DNA of 63,641 nt, the filler included. It is 5 parts of 5 records of this genome, joined end to end, with 100 filler letters (N's around TTAATTAATTAA, not from the genome) between each part and the next. Parts side by side here need not be neighbours in the genome. Positions count along the whole stretch, not along the records: positions 1 to 6,755 come from SRR31156797_782; positions 6,856 to 15,582 come from SRR31156797_787; 3 more parts are not named here. One strand, given 5' to 3'. Positions 1-10,067 of the stretch are shown piece after piece. Under the pieces are notes generated by a model, which saw only the letters and a list, made by a program, of their open reading frames with translations, ran no database searches and had not been told where the DNA came from. Numbering within the stretch: position 1 is the first letter of the stretch; every line of letters begins with the position of its first letter. A program made the translations under genes and the position numbers.

Positions 1-5
1 CTTTT

Positions 6-36
6 ATGAGTTGATGGGATTTTGTATGTTTTGGTA
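6..36 (+). repeat. Direct repeat copy 1, probable promoter
   Basis: atgagttgatgggattttgtatgttt (26 bp) is identical at 6-31 and 1550-1575; each copy lies just upstream of a CDS. Confidence 0.8.
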
Positions 37-62
37 CAGAATTATTTATGCAGAGGTAGTCT

Positions 63-1547
63 ATGAAAAAACTTACAATATTGATTTTATTAGCTTCTGC
101 TCTATTGTCACAAACCACATTTTATAATACTTATGGTAATAAAATCGAGAGACACAAAAATATTGGATATTCGATAATAAATACCAAAGACTCTTGTATT
201 GCAATATGTGGGGTTTGGGGGAGAAGTTATGAGTTTGGTCATCCCTACAAGCATTTTGGGGATGCCTTTTTAATAAAAACAGATACAACTGGTGAACTTA
301 AGTTTTTTAAAACCTATGGAGATTCTCTTACCCGCCAATCAGTTTATGCTTTTGAACAAAATATAGAGGGTGGTTTTGTGCTCCCTACTTATGATATGAA
401 ATACTATAAGTTATGGGTGGTTTATACAAATTTTAATGGAGATACACTTTGGACAAAGCATTATGATTCTTTAGGCTACGTTAAATCCATTGAAAATGTT
501 GAAGATGGTAAATTTGTAATGACAGGAACTTCGGGAAGCAATCCTGAAAAAGTATTTTTTCTCAAAATAGATTCAATGGGCAATGCCGAATGGAAGAAAT
601 ATTATAATAAACCCTCATCTGCTAATGGTCAATATGTAAAGCAGATTATTGATGGAGGCTTTCTGATCGCAGCAACAACTCGATTACCTGAACCAAAAGA
701 AAATGATATTTGGATTATCAGAACGACTACTGATGGTGATACTTTGTGGACATTGACTTATGGTGATAATTATTCTGATACACCATATAGTATTGAGGAT
801 GTAGGCAATAATGAATATATAGTTGTAGGAACCAGTTTATCTCTAGTCTATGGTGGTTTAAAAACAAATATTAATTTGACGAAGATAAATTCCAATGGAG
901 CAATTCTATGGCAAAAAGTGATAGAAAGCAATCTTGATGATATTGTGTATGCCAGCGATCAAACCAGTGATGGTGATATTATTCTAACCGGTAGAAGTGT
1001 AGTACTATCAGATAGTGGGAGATTGCTTGATGGAATACTATTAATAAAAATTGATATTAATGGTAACATTTTATGGTCAAAAACATTGAATTCTGAAGAT
1101 TTTACAGATGAATTAGCCTCTGGTGATATTGATATGTGGGCTCATGACATCGTAATATCACATGATAATAGCATTATTATTACCGGTTATATAGAGAATA
1201 ATTATTCAAATATTGTAGATGTAATCTTGATCAAATTAAATGATGAGGGTGAACTTAAATCAATATCCATTGTCAAAGATCAGATTTCTTATTTACTCTC
1301 CCAAAACTACCCAAATCCTCTAAATCCAACAACAACGATCAGCTATGAACTTCCTGAAGCTCTAAACATCAAACTTCAGATCTTCGACATTACTGGCCGT
1401 TTAGTTGAAACGCTTTATAATGGATTTAAGGAAGCGGGGCATTGGGAAGTAACCTGGAATGCCAGTGATCAGAGTTCTGGTATATATATTTATCGATTGA
1501 CTTATGGTGATAGGCATATTTCCAGGAAGATGTTGGTGTTGAAGTAA
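63..1547 (+). CDS. Secreted beta-propeller-like protein with C-terminal T9SS/FlgD-Ig-type sorting domain
   Basis: Signal peptide; repeated ..KTD..GD.LW.K.YG blades; C-terminal QNYPNP.NPTTTISY...SGIYIYRL...KMLVLK. Confidence 0.8.
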   Translation: MKKLTILILLASALLSQTTFYNTYGNKIERHKNIGYSIINTKDSCIAICGVWGRSYEFGHPYKHFGDAFLIKTDTTGELKFFKTYGDSLTRQSVYAFEQNIEGGFVLPTYDMKYYKLWVVYTNFNGDTLWTKHYDSLGYVKSIENVEDGKFVMTGTSGSNPEKVFFLKIDSMGNAEWKKYYNKPSSANGQYVKQIIDGGFLIAATTRLPEPKENDIWIIRTTTDGDTLWTLTYGDNYSDTPYSIEDVGNNEYIVVGTSLSLVYGGLKTNINLTKINSNGAILWQKVIESNLDDIVYASDQTSDGDIILTGRSVVLSDSGRLLDGILLIKIDINGNILWSKTLNSEDFTDELASGDIDMWAHDIVISHDNSIIITGYIENNYSNIVDVILIKLNDEGELKSISIVKDQISYLLSQNYPNPLNPTTTISYELPEALNIKLQIFDITGRLVETLYNGFKEAGHWEVTWNASDQSSGIYIYRLTYGDRHISRKMLVLK

Positions 1548-1549
1548 CA

Positions 1550-1580
1550 ATGAGTTGATGGGATTTTGTATGTTTGGGTA
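1550..1580 (+). repeat. Direct repeat copy 2, probable promoter
   Basis: 30 of 31 nt identical to 6-36; contains TATGTTTG (1570-1577), matching the Bacteroidota-type TAnnTTTG -7 element. Confidence 0.8.
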
Positions 1581-1608
1581 TTGAATTAATGAGGAACGAT
1601 TTACTGAT

Positions 1609-2106
1609 ATGAAATATTTACCAAATGAAAAATTAAGATTTAGATCAAAGCTTTCTGACAGAGAGATTCTGGATAAAGTAAGTGGAATTATTGACCCTAA
1701 AAGAGTAGCTCTTTTTAGAATGAAAAAACCTGAGGGTGAAAAACCCTATGAAGGTGAAATCAAAGGTAATAAGTTTAAAATTAACAGAATTATTTATTAC
1801 CGTAATTCATTTTTACCTGTAATTAGTGGTGTTGTAAAAAGTGATGGGTATGGAACAATTATTGATGTTAAAATGAGAATGACTTTATTCACATTGATAT
1901 TCAGTATATTTTTATATTTTTTTGCTGGAACTATTTTTTTAAATACTTTATATCTATCGTTGGCTGAAAGTCAATTTAAACTTGAAATAATTATTCATGC
2001 CGGAATGTTAGTATTTATATATGTTTTGTCAATGATTGGGTTCAAACGTGAAAGTAAGAAATCAAAGATCTTCTTAGCTAAATTGTTTGAGAGTGATATC
2101 AATTAA
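1609..2106 (+). CDS. Hypothetical membrane protein (two C-terminal TM helices)
   Basis: 165-aa ORF, GAGG RBS, two hydrophobic segments. Confidence 0.7.
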   Translation: MKYLPNEKLRFRSKLSDREILDKVSGIIDPKRVALFRMKKPEGEKPYEGEIKGNKFKINRIIYYRNSFLPVISGVVKSDGYGTIIDVKMRMTLFTLIFSIFLYFFAGTIFLNTLYLSLAESQFKLEIIIHAGMLVFIYVLSMIGFKRESKKSKIFLAKLFESDIN

Positions 2107-2424
2107 CACTAAAACGTGTGCTAACAGTGACCTTATCCCAATAATCATGATACTCAAGGGGGTTTGTATTCTCAAACCCAAACAATCACCGGTACCTTTA
2201 AACCCTGGGCATAGTGGAAAAATACCCTGGTACCAAGATCGATGAGAGAAGGGTTATTTTTTTTCGCTATAAAATCATGGTTCTCTTGCGAGTTTTGTGT
2301 GATTTTTGTTGGTATTGTGGTGAGTAAATTAGGGAATATTGTCACCTTATTGCCAGTTTATCTAGACCTAATTTTAACTTACCGACGTGCTGAATGGACA
2401 GAGATCAAGGAGAAAGTAGAAGTT

Positions 2425-4800
2425 CTAATAATGAGTATCCAATAAACGGACAATTATTGGATGAAATTCAAAGTAGATATGTGATGGTTCTCCCTTGAGA
2501 ATAATCTTTAATTTTGATGTTGGATCAACTAGATCACCCCATTTAACAACACTATTGTTTTCGTAAATGTAAATGAATTCAATTTTTAACAGAAATGATA
2601 GCAATTGATTCCAATATTCTTCTGGAAATTCTATTTCATCTAAAATATCAAACATTATATTAATAGAAATTTTATTTGCAATATTGTGTTTATGTTTTAT
2701 GATATTTAGAAATTCAGAGAAATTAATCATGTAAGGTAAAGATAATAATTCAGCTTCAATTGATTCATTAATATGCAAAGAATAATATTTTAACGCTTCA
2801 TTGAATATTTTATTATTTATACTATCCCTTTTATAACTTTTTGCTATTTCAATCAAATGGTTAAAAATAAAAATATAATCTCGTGGTCTAGGATAAACAA
2901 ATTTCTCCATTTTTTGGGTAAATTCCCTTATAGTAAATTCTTCACATAATATTTCAGTTAAATGGTCTATACTATTTGATTTTAATCGTAAGCCTATCAT
3001 TCTTAATAATTCTTCATTTGACCATTTAATATTAATTTTATTTACTTTATCCTTTTGAGTTATTTGATCTTTAAATGATTCATATAAGTCATTTCTGATA
3101 AATAGATTTAAGGCATAGTTTTGGGTGCATTTGCTTATTAGGGTTGTACACACTTCGTGTAAATTGAATAATATCAATGAAATAATCTTATAATTCTTCT
3201 GAAAACTTAAATTTGAATCTATACCATCAATATTTAAAATTATCCTAAGATCAGTTCTTTTCAAATACCCTTTAATTGCTTTAATAAGTACTAATATATC
3301 GTTTTCATAAAATTCTTTTTGAATTTCCTTTACCTTTTTTATTCCTTTTTCGTTAATACTCTCTATAATTTCTACTAGATTTTCAGTAATAGTTTTTTCT
3401 TCTTGAATAAAGTCATATTTCTTTAAAAGCTTTAAAAATTCCTCATTTCTCTCATTTATGTAATCACCCTCTCTTTTTTCAGAATTAATCCTATCATAAA
3501 TTGCTCTTGCAACAATTGAGTAAAGAATAAACTTCCAAAAAGCACTTACAATTTTATTTTTATCATTTTCACTTGAATACTTGAGTGTAAGATCATAAAT
3601 ATCATTAAGATTGTATTCATTAAATAGTTTGTTTATAACTAAATCATCAGGATTATGATTTTTTCTTTTACACATTATAAATGAAGCACTTTTACCGGTT
3701 CCCTTTCTTCCAATTACTAATTTATATCCATCCCTACTCAATAAATTAAAATCTGGAGTTTCAATAAAATCAATTTCTAATTGATTAACATCATTTTCAG
3801 CTATATGATCTCCTAATTCAATCTGATCAAATCGTGTAATTTGATCAGAATTAAGTGTAGCTAAGTAAGAATTAATCACTGAAAATGAATTTGAATGATA
3901 ATTTAAGAATTTTGAAACTATATTACGTGCCTCTTTGGGGCTATTATAAGAGCTCATTATTGAAATAATATCAGAGGGTTTTTTTGAATGCTTAGAATTC
4001 ATTATTAGGACTCTTCTACCCGATGCAATTGCTACACCTGCAATAAATGCGCATTTTAAATAATGATTTAAATTATCAGTTTCACCTGAAACTCCTAAAT
4101 CAATAATGACGGCTAATGATTTCTTTATTTGTTTGGAATACCATAATAAACCATTCCTTTCTTCTTGTGGATCGTCTATAATTAAATCAATCGTACTCTT
4201 GGAAATTTCATTTTCAATACTCTCTGACACCTTCGGGTCATCACTATTTTTGAGATATAATAGACAGTTGACAGTTATACCATTGTCTGATGAAATTATG
4301 TCATTTTCTGAAAAACTATAAATTGTTCTTGGGTTGTCCTTTAACCAAAATTCTTTTTTTAATAGTTTATCAGAAAGTTTGTTTCTGTTATATTTACCAA
4401 TTCCAATTCCTAGTAGCGGTGTTATAAATCTTTCAATATTTATAAAATCAAAACCATTATTAACAATAGGATGAATTTTTTTATTTAGGCCTAATGCATA
4501 TCCATATTCAAATAATACATTAAAATTAAAATCTGATAATTCAAGAAGTATTGCTTTTGAAGTAATTATTGATTTGCATATTTCACAAAATACCATTTCA
4601 TTTTCTATTTCAAGTCCATCTTCCCATGTTATCCATTTAATACCTGAATTTGTATTTAAACTTTCAAGCGCTGTATATATTTGATCAACAATTTCCTCAT
4701 TATGACTTGAATAAGCTGCAAAAACCTTATCATCACTAGAAAATGTTTCTATTCCTTTTACACAAAGTCCTTTAGCAATTTCACAGTATTTTAATTTCAT
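2425..4800 (-). CDS. P-loop ATPase (Sll1717/FunZ-like) with N-terminal nucleoside-deoxyribosyltransferase/TIR-like domains
   Basis: Walker A IGRKGTGKS, Walker B ILNIDGID, PRPRD motif; N-terminal NFNVLFEYGYALG. Confidence 0.65.
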   Translation of the reverse strand: MKLKYCEIAKGLCVKGIETFSSDDKVFAAYSSHNEEIVDQIYTALESLNTNSGIKWITWEDGLEIENEMVFCEICKSIITSKAILLELSDFNFNVLFEYGYALGLNKKIHPIVNNGFDFINIERFITPLLGIGIGKYNRNKLSDKLLKKEFWLKDNPRTIYSFSENDIISSDNGITVNCLLYLKNSDDPKVSESIENEISKSTIDLIIDDPQEERNGLLWYSKQIKKSLAVIIDLGVSGETDNLNHYLKCAFIAGVAIASGRRVLIMNSKHSKKPSDIISIMSSYNSPKEARNIVSKFLNYHSNSFSVINSYLATLNSDQITRFDQIELGDHIAENDVNQLEIDFIETPDFNLLSRDGYKLVIGRKGTGKSASFIMCKRKNHNPDDLVINKLFNEYNLNDIYDLTLKYSSENDKNKIVSAFWKFILYSIVARAIYDRINSEKREGDYINERNEEFLKLLKKYDFIQEEKTITENLVEIIESINEKGIKKVKEIQKEFYENDILVLIKAIKGYLKRTDLRIILNIDGIDSNLSFQKNYKIISLILFNLHEVCTTLISKCTQNYALNLFIRNDLYESFKDQITQKDKVNKINIKWSNEELLRMIGLRLKSNSIDHLTEILCEEFTIREFTQKMEKFVYPRPRDYIFIFNHLIEIAKSYKRDSINNKIFNEALKYYSLHINESIEAELLSLPYMINFSEFLNIIKHKHNIANKISINIMFDILDEIEFPEEYWNQLLSFLLKIEFIYIYENNSVVKWGDLVDPTSKLKIILKGEPSHIYFEFHPIIVRLLDTHY

Positions 4801-5200
4801 GATTAAACTCCTTAGAAGTGCTTTATTTGACGAATTTTGTTTAGTATATATAATTACTTTAAAGATAATAATATATTATTTATCATACTTTTCACAGCTT
4901 TTTTTTATTTTTTTATTCTTAGAATTGCTGTATTAATGATAATTATACTAATATTATTTATAAGTAGGAGTACCAATTACATTTTATAGTAGATATGGGC
5001 AGATTAAATTATTTTAACAATTATTTGAAACAGCTATATATATCGAAAATAATTTGCATTCTTTGATCTCTTCTCTCGCGAGTTTTACTCTGTTTACAAT
5101 GGTAGCCTAGTCAGAAGTTTGAGTATTTGTGCCACTAATGAGTGAGTTAATAAACTATTATTAAGATGAAGGTCAAATTATCCTTTTTCAATTCATTTAA

Positions 5201-6139
5201 TTATTTTTTTAGGTAAATATTTTCTTCCTCCATAATATTTACTGCAGCTTCATATAACATTCTTAATCGCTTCCTGTGAATAATTAATTTAGCTGCATTT
5301 GCCATAAAAAGAGTAGCTATGTCTGTTGAAATTAAATTGCGAATATCATCCATACCATATTCTCTTTTAATATTAGTATCGTCTAAGGGTAAATTCCTTA
5401 TAACATATAGAAATGAATGAATCATATCTTTTATTGATTCAAAACGCTTGTTTCGCTTCAGCGTTTCCTCATTCATATATAATTTTCTGTTTACTTCAAT
5501 CATTATTGAGAATACCCGCTTATCTTTATTCAGATATTTTAATGGTACTATTGTACCTGAATAAGGGTCATTAACCTTAACGCTGAATCCCTTTGTTTGG
5601 AAAAACCCCAATGCAGCTTTGATCCAGATTGTTGGAGTATGATAAGGATCCACACCAACGCAGATATCAGGTCTGTCCTTATCTTTGATCAAATCACTAT
5701 TTAGTGGAATACTACCAAAGGAGTGACAATCCACGATTCTTGCTTCACCATATGTTTCTACTTGTGCTTTAATGGCGTTGATCAGAATTGCATGATGCGG
5801 ACGGTAATAATCAGTCAACATTTTCTCTTTTAGCTCAGGAGTCATTTTTCTCATCAATTGACCATCATCAGTATGAGTATATAACGCCCCCCTTCCATAT
5901 TTAGCCATGACCTCTTTTTTCTCATCTTCAAACCTTTCCACATCACAAAATATTCTCGAGAACTCAGCACGTATTGTAATATCATCATCAGATTTGAATA
6001 ACTCGTCAGTATACCTGTCCGTAAGAATGTCCATTTCCTTGAAGAGTTTAATAAAGTCAAGCTCATAACTGCTCATATCAGGTATTTTTGTTGAGTTATG
6101 AGGAATATTAAGTATTAGCCTCCTTTTGTTATTGCTCAT
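5201..6139 (-). CDS. N-formylglutamate amidohydrolase family protein
   Basis: IPHNS, TD.YTD, SR..CDVERF, YYRPHH, DCHSF, RPDICVG, N.PYSG, MIEVNRKLY motifs. Confidence 0.85.
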   Translation of the reverse strand: MSNNKRRLILNIPHNSTKIPDMSSYELDFIKLFKEMDILTDRYTDELFKSDDDITIRAEFSRIFCDVERFEDEKKEVMAKYGRGALYTHTDDGQLMRKMTPELKEKMLTDYYRPHHAILINAIKAQVETYGEARIVDCHSFGSIPLNSDLIKDKDRPDICVGVDPYHTPTIWIKAALGFFQTKGFSVKVNDPYSGTIVPLKYLNKDKRVFSIMIEVNRKLYMNEETLKRNKRFESIKDMIHSFLYVIRNLPLDDTNIKREYGMDDIRNLISTDIATLFMANAAKLIIHRKRLRMLYEAAVNIMEEENIYLKK

Positions 6140-6599
6140 CGTTCTTTTCCCCCACTAGTTTAATAAAGGTCTTATTTTCATTCACAATAATCTCATCAAC
6201 CGGCTTCCTTCCATAAGAGTTATTAATATTTAATCGCTTTTTAAATTTATCGAGCTCAATCAAGGGATCCGTTTTACCGGTTGTAATCATAACTTTCATA
6301 AACTGATCACCCAAGTGGATCTTTTGTTTGTCTATGCGCTTTGCTAAATTAACAGTCTCCTGGAACAGCGTTTGCTTTGAGATAACTTTATCTTTTGCTA
6401 TCGAGCGGGCCAACTTCTTTTTTAATGCTCTTTCAACTCCAGTGTGATCAATTGTGGATTTGATATACATGTTTGCCATAAAATTCCACCCCTCTTTCTT
6501 TAAGGGTGAAAAACTAATTATCCCTATTTTGTTAATTTTGATAGCAACATAGGGAATCTCGTTTTCTGCACCGACTAAGATGACTCTTGGATAGTTCAT
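6129..6599 (-). CDS. Hypothetical protein
   Basis: Start moved to ATG 6599, which follows AAGGAG; overlaps the start of the next gene. Confidence 0.55.
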   Translation of the reverse strand: MNYPRVILVGAENEIPYVAIKINKIGIISFSPLKKEGWNFMANMYIKSTIDHTGVERALKKKLARSIAKDKVISKQTLFQETVNLAKRIDKQKIHLGDQFMKVMITTGKTDPLIELDKFKKRLNINNSYGRKPVDEIIVNENKTFIKLVGEKNDEQ

Positions 6600-6755
6600 T
6601 TTTAGCTCCTTTTTTTGCGTTAAACACCAAAATGTCTTCCGCATTAAGAAGCAAGGGATCTAATTTTTCGGGGAGAAACAAAAAAGCGAAACGTTTTTGG
6701 CCCCGAGGCCCGCATTGCTTTGCCACCGTGGTGTTTCAACTCGGTTGGCACCCAA

Positions 6756-6855
6756 NNNNNNNNNNNNNNNNNNNNNNNNNNNNNNNNNNNNNNNNNNNNT
6801 TAATTAATTAANNNNNNNNNNNNNNNNNNNNNNNNNNNNNNNNNNNNNNNNNNNN
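6756..6855. other. Artificial contig spacer
   Basis: N44-TTAATTAATTAA-N44. Confidence 0.98.
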
Positions 6856-6856
6856 G

Positions 6857-6882
6857 CGTTCCCAGGCGGGAGCCTGGGAACG
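6857..6882. repeat. REP-like palindrome
   Basis: cgttcccaggc-ggga-gcctgggaacg, perfect 11-bp stem at the contig edge. Confidence 0.7.
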
Positions 6883-7054
6883 AGAGAGAAGTGAGTTAAG
6901 CTCCCGAATTTCAACTTGCCCCTACGCAACAATTTATGGTATTTGGATGCACAGGATAAATAAGTGCAGGAGCCTCGATATAAGATGATGCGCCGTTAAC
7001 AGAACTAAATCCAAACCGATAAGCAACAATTGAATATCAAGGCCGTTCGCGGCC

Positions 7055-7170
7055 ATGAAAAACCAGGTTGTTCGGCGGGGATCTGTTCCTTAATGGCTTC
7101 AGAAAAATCATTATAAGAGAGTCTTACTTTTTTATTGGGCCGTTATGGGCAATTCCACCCTAACGGCCCA
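7055..7170 (+). promoter_or_regulatory. Possible leader peptide and attenuator hairpin
   Basis: uORF MKNQVVRRGSVP* at 7055-7093; stem tgggccgtta (7136-7145) / taacggccca (7161-7170). Confidence 0.4.
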
Positions 7171-7195
7171 TACTATTTATTGAAAGGCTCCAAAA

Positions 7196-8710
7196 ATGAC
7201 AGTCAGGGACTTCCTTAGATTTGAAAACGTTTACTTCACTTACGAAACAGCAAGCGATCAGTTGTTATCCGATATAAATATCCATGCACCCAGGGGATGG
7301 ACGGGCGTGGTCGGCCCCAATGGAACCGGAAAAACCACTATTCTTCTCCTGGCCGGCGGTCTGCTTGAGCCCGACCAGGGCAAAATAACCCGGCCTTCTG
7401 TGGCTTGGTATTGCCCTCAACGAACAGACTCACCGCCGGAAGGCGCCGCCGAATTTCTTGCGGCCCGGGACCGGGACGCCCATAGAATAAAGGAGCTTAT
7501 GCAACTGCAAGGCGATTGGCTGCCCAGGTGGTCGACCCTCAGTCACGGGGAAAGAAAGCGATTGCAATTGGCAACAGCTCTATATAAAAATCCCGACCTC
7601 CTGGCTATAGATGAACCAAGCAACCACCTGGATTCATCAGCCCGAGACATGTTGATGGAAGCGCTGTCAACATACAAGGGCGTTGGGCTTTTGGTCAGCC
7701 ACGACCGCCAAATGCTGGATCTGCTATGCCGACAATGCGTTTTTATCGAACCGCCGGTTGTTAAAACATGGCCGGGCAATTATTCGGAAGTATGCGCCCA
7801 AAGAGGAATAGAAGAACTTGACCTGAAAAGGCGGCGAAGCGAAGCAGAAGCCGAAGCTGCGCGTCTCCAAAGAGAATACGCGGGCCGAAAGCATAAAGCT
7901 TCCAGGTCTAACAGCCGAAACACCAAGCGTAAGCTGGCCAAAAAGGACAGCGACTCCAGGGAAAAAATAGACAGGGCCAGGGTGACCGGGCAGGACGGCG
8001 CCCGGGGTAGATTATTGCGCCAGATGAGCGGGCGTATGAAAAGCGCTCAGAGAAAGCTGGAAAACACCCCGTTTAAAAAAGATAACGTAACAGGCATAAA
8101 TATCCTGGGCGACGTTTACCCCGGAAAGTTCTTATTATCCTTGGCTGAAGGGAAAATATCATTAGGCGGTGAACGAGGCCTTTTTCATCCCCTGATCAAT
8201 TTACGTCCCCAAGAGCGCGTTTCCCTGACCGGGCCGAACGGCTGCGGCAAGTCGACTCTGTTTCAACTCGTTCGAAAATCACTTGCCATTCCAGCACACA
8301 GAGCGACCTGTATACCCCAGGAATTGGATAAAGAAGGCTCGAAAAAGCTGCTCGATATGATGCGGCGCCTGCCCAAGGACCAAATAGGTTGGGTGATGAA
8401 CATGGTCAGCCGTCTGGGATCGAGTCCCGAACGTCTGCTGGCCAGCGAAGCCCCTAGCCCCGGCGAGGCCCGCAAGCTACTTTTGGCTTTGGGGCTTCTG
8501 CATGAACCCTGGCTGGTAATGATGGATGAACCAACCAATCATATGGACCTGCCGTCGATTGAAAGTCTTGAAAGCGCCCTGGCCGATTGCCGGTGCGCAT
8601 TGCTTTTGGTCAGTCATGATCGGATGTTCCTGGACAACCTGACCAGCGTCCGTTGGAATATTTCAAAAATGGATCGAGGCGAATCAAGTTATACTCTTGA
8701 TGTCTCATGA
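7196..8710 (+). CDS. ABC-F family ATPase (ribosome-associated, no TM domain)
   Basis: Two NBDs (GPNGTGKT/LSHGE/DEPSNHLD and GPNGCGKS/PSPGE/DEPTNHMD) joined by a long basic helical linker. Confidence 0.85.
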   Translation: MTVRDFLRFENVYFTYETASDQLLSDINIHAPRGWTGVVGPNGTGKTTILLLAGGLLEPDQGKITRPSVAWYCPQRTDSPPEGAAEFLAARDRDAHRIKELMQLQGDWLPRWSTLSHGERKRLQLATALYKNPDLLAIDEPSNHLDSSARDMLMEALSTYKGVGLLVSHDRQMLDLLCRQCVFIEPPVVKTWPGNYSEVCAQRGIEELDLKRRRSEAEAEAARLQREYAGRKHKASRSNSRNTKRKLAKKDSDSREKIDRARVTGQDGARGRLLRQMSGRMKSAQRKLENTPFKKDNVTGINILGDVYPGKFLLSLAEGKISLGGERGLFHPLINLRPQERVSLTGPNGCGKSTLFQLVRKSLAIPAHRATCIPQELDKEGSKKLLDMMRRLPKDQIGWVMNMVSRLGSSPERLLASEAPSPGEARKLLLALGLLHEPWLVMMDEPTNHMDLPSIESLESALADCRCALLLVSHDRMFLDNLTSVRWNISKMDRGESSYTLDVS

Positions 8711-9363
8711 ATAGTTCTTTGCGGGATGTAATTGGTCTTGCCGTTATTAATACTGATTATCTCGGCCGATAGGGCGTCAAGTTCTTCGGCCGAATGACTG
8801 ACATAGAGAACAGGGATTTTAAACCGTTCCGGGATGGAGCCTATCATCTTCAGTATTGCGTTTTTGCGGGAATTATCCACCGAAGTCAGGGGCTCGTCCA
8901 TCAAAAGCAGGCGCGGACTTGTCAACAGGGCCCGACCGATGGCGACGCGCTGTTTTTCCCCGCCCGAAAGATTATGAGGACGGCGCTTGAGTAAAGCCTC
9001 TATGTCCAGAACCTTTACGACATCTTCAAGCGATATATATCTTTTATCTTCGGGAATGAGGTTGCGTCCGTATTTTAAATTGCCGGACACGGACATATGC
9101 GGAAACAGTCGGCCGTCCTGAAATATATAACCGATGCGCCTTTTATAGGGTGGAATATTTACCCTGCTTTTCGCATCAAATAATACCGAATCCCGGATTT
9201 TTATCAGGCCTTGATCAGGCTTCAACAGGCCGGCAATCATGTTGATGATGCTTGTTTTGCCGGCCCCTGAAGGTCCGAACAGGGCTGAAATTCCAGCGCC
9301 GTTCAATTCAAACCGGGCGCTTATTTCAAATTTGCCCAGTGTTTTACAAACATCCACCTTCAA
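8689..9363 (-). CDS. modC: Molybdate ABC transporter ATP-binding subunit (short, no TOBE domain)
   Basis: GPSGAGKT, FQDGRLFPHM, LSGGEKQRVAIGRAL; follows modB. Confidence 0.9.
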   Translation of the reverse strand: MKVDVCKTLGKFEISARFELNGAGISALFGPSGAGKTSIINMIAGLLKPDQGLIKIRDSVLFDAKSRVNIPPYKRRIGYIFQDGRLFPHMSVSGNLKYGRNLIPEDKRYISLEDVVKVLDIEALLKRRPHNLSGGEKQRVAIGRALLTSPRLLLMDEPLTSVDNSRKNAILKMIGSIPERFKIPVLYVSHSAEELDALSAEIISINNGKTNYIPQRTIHETSRV

Positions 9364-9368
9364 ACCAA

Positions 9369-10067
9369 TTAACCTCTAATGATTCCGGCTGTTTTACGGT
9401 TGATCATTTCTGAAAAAACAAGGGATGCAAAAGATACGGCTGCGGCAATCAGGCAGAGCTTCATGGCTCTTGGTTCGCCTCCCGGGACCTGGGTCAGGCT
9501 GTATATGGCGATGGGTATTGTTGTGGTTTCTCCCGGGATGTTGGAGACAAAAGTAATTGTCGCCCCGAATTCCCCCAAGCTGCGGGCAAAAGCCAGGACG
9601 GCGCCGGTTAAAATTCCGGGTATAGCCAAAGGCAGTGTTATGGTGAAAAAAACGCGCAAAGGCCCTGCGCCTAAAACGCCTGCCGCCGCTTCAAGCCCCT
9701 TGTCCACGGAGTCAAATGACAAGCGCACCGCCCGGATCATCAGCGGCATGGCCATGATCACCGAAGCCAATACCGCTCCTTTCCAGTTAAAGGCCAGGCT
9801 TATGCCTAAAAAATCAAACAAGCCGCGGCCGATAACTCCTTGACGCCCCATCAGCACCAATAAGATATACCCGGTGACCACGGGCGGCATGACCAGGGGC
9901 AGGTGCACCAGGGCATCCAAAAGTGTTTTACCGGGAAACGACATTCGGGACAGAACCCAGGCCATGCTAATACCAACGGGCAGGCTGGTCAAAACCGCCC
10001 AGAACGCAACCTTTAGGCTCAGGGTAATCGCTCCGATTTCGGCGGGATTTAGCGACCAAAAATCCAT
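9369..10067 (-). CDS. modB: Molybdate ABC transporter permease
   Basis: HLPLVMPPVVTGY, FARSLGEFGATI. Confidence 0.95.
   Translation of the reverse strand: MDFWSLNPAEIGAITLSLKVAFWAVLTSLPVGISMAWVLSRMSFPGKTLLDALVHLPLVMPPVVTGYILLVLMGRQGVIGRGLFDFLGISLAFNWKGAVLASVIMAMPLMIRAVRLSFDSVDKGLEAAAGVLGAGPLRVFFTITLPLAIPGILTGAVLAFARSLGEFGATITFVSNIPGETTTIPIAIYSLTQVPGGEPRAMKLCLIAAAVSFASLVFSEMINRKTAGIIRG

Noticed and set aside
2115-2240. GCTAAC after the 1609-2106 stop as a possible attC
   Set aside because: No matching hairpin or GTT core found
2281-5086. ttctcttgcgagtttt (2281) and ttctctcgcgagtttt (5071) flanking the ATPase gene as possible att repeats
   Set aside because: A 15/16 match is within reach of chance, and no recombinase is nearby
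6800-6811. TTAATTAATTAA motif
   Set aside because: Artificial all-frame-stop linker
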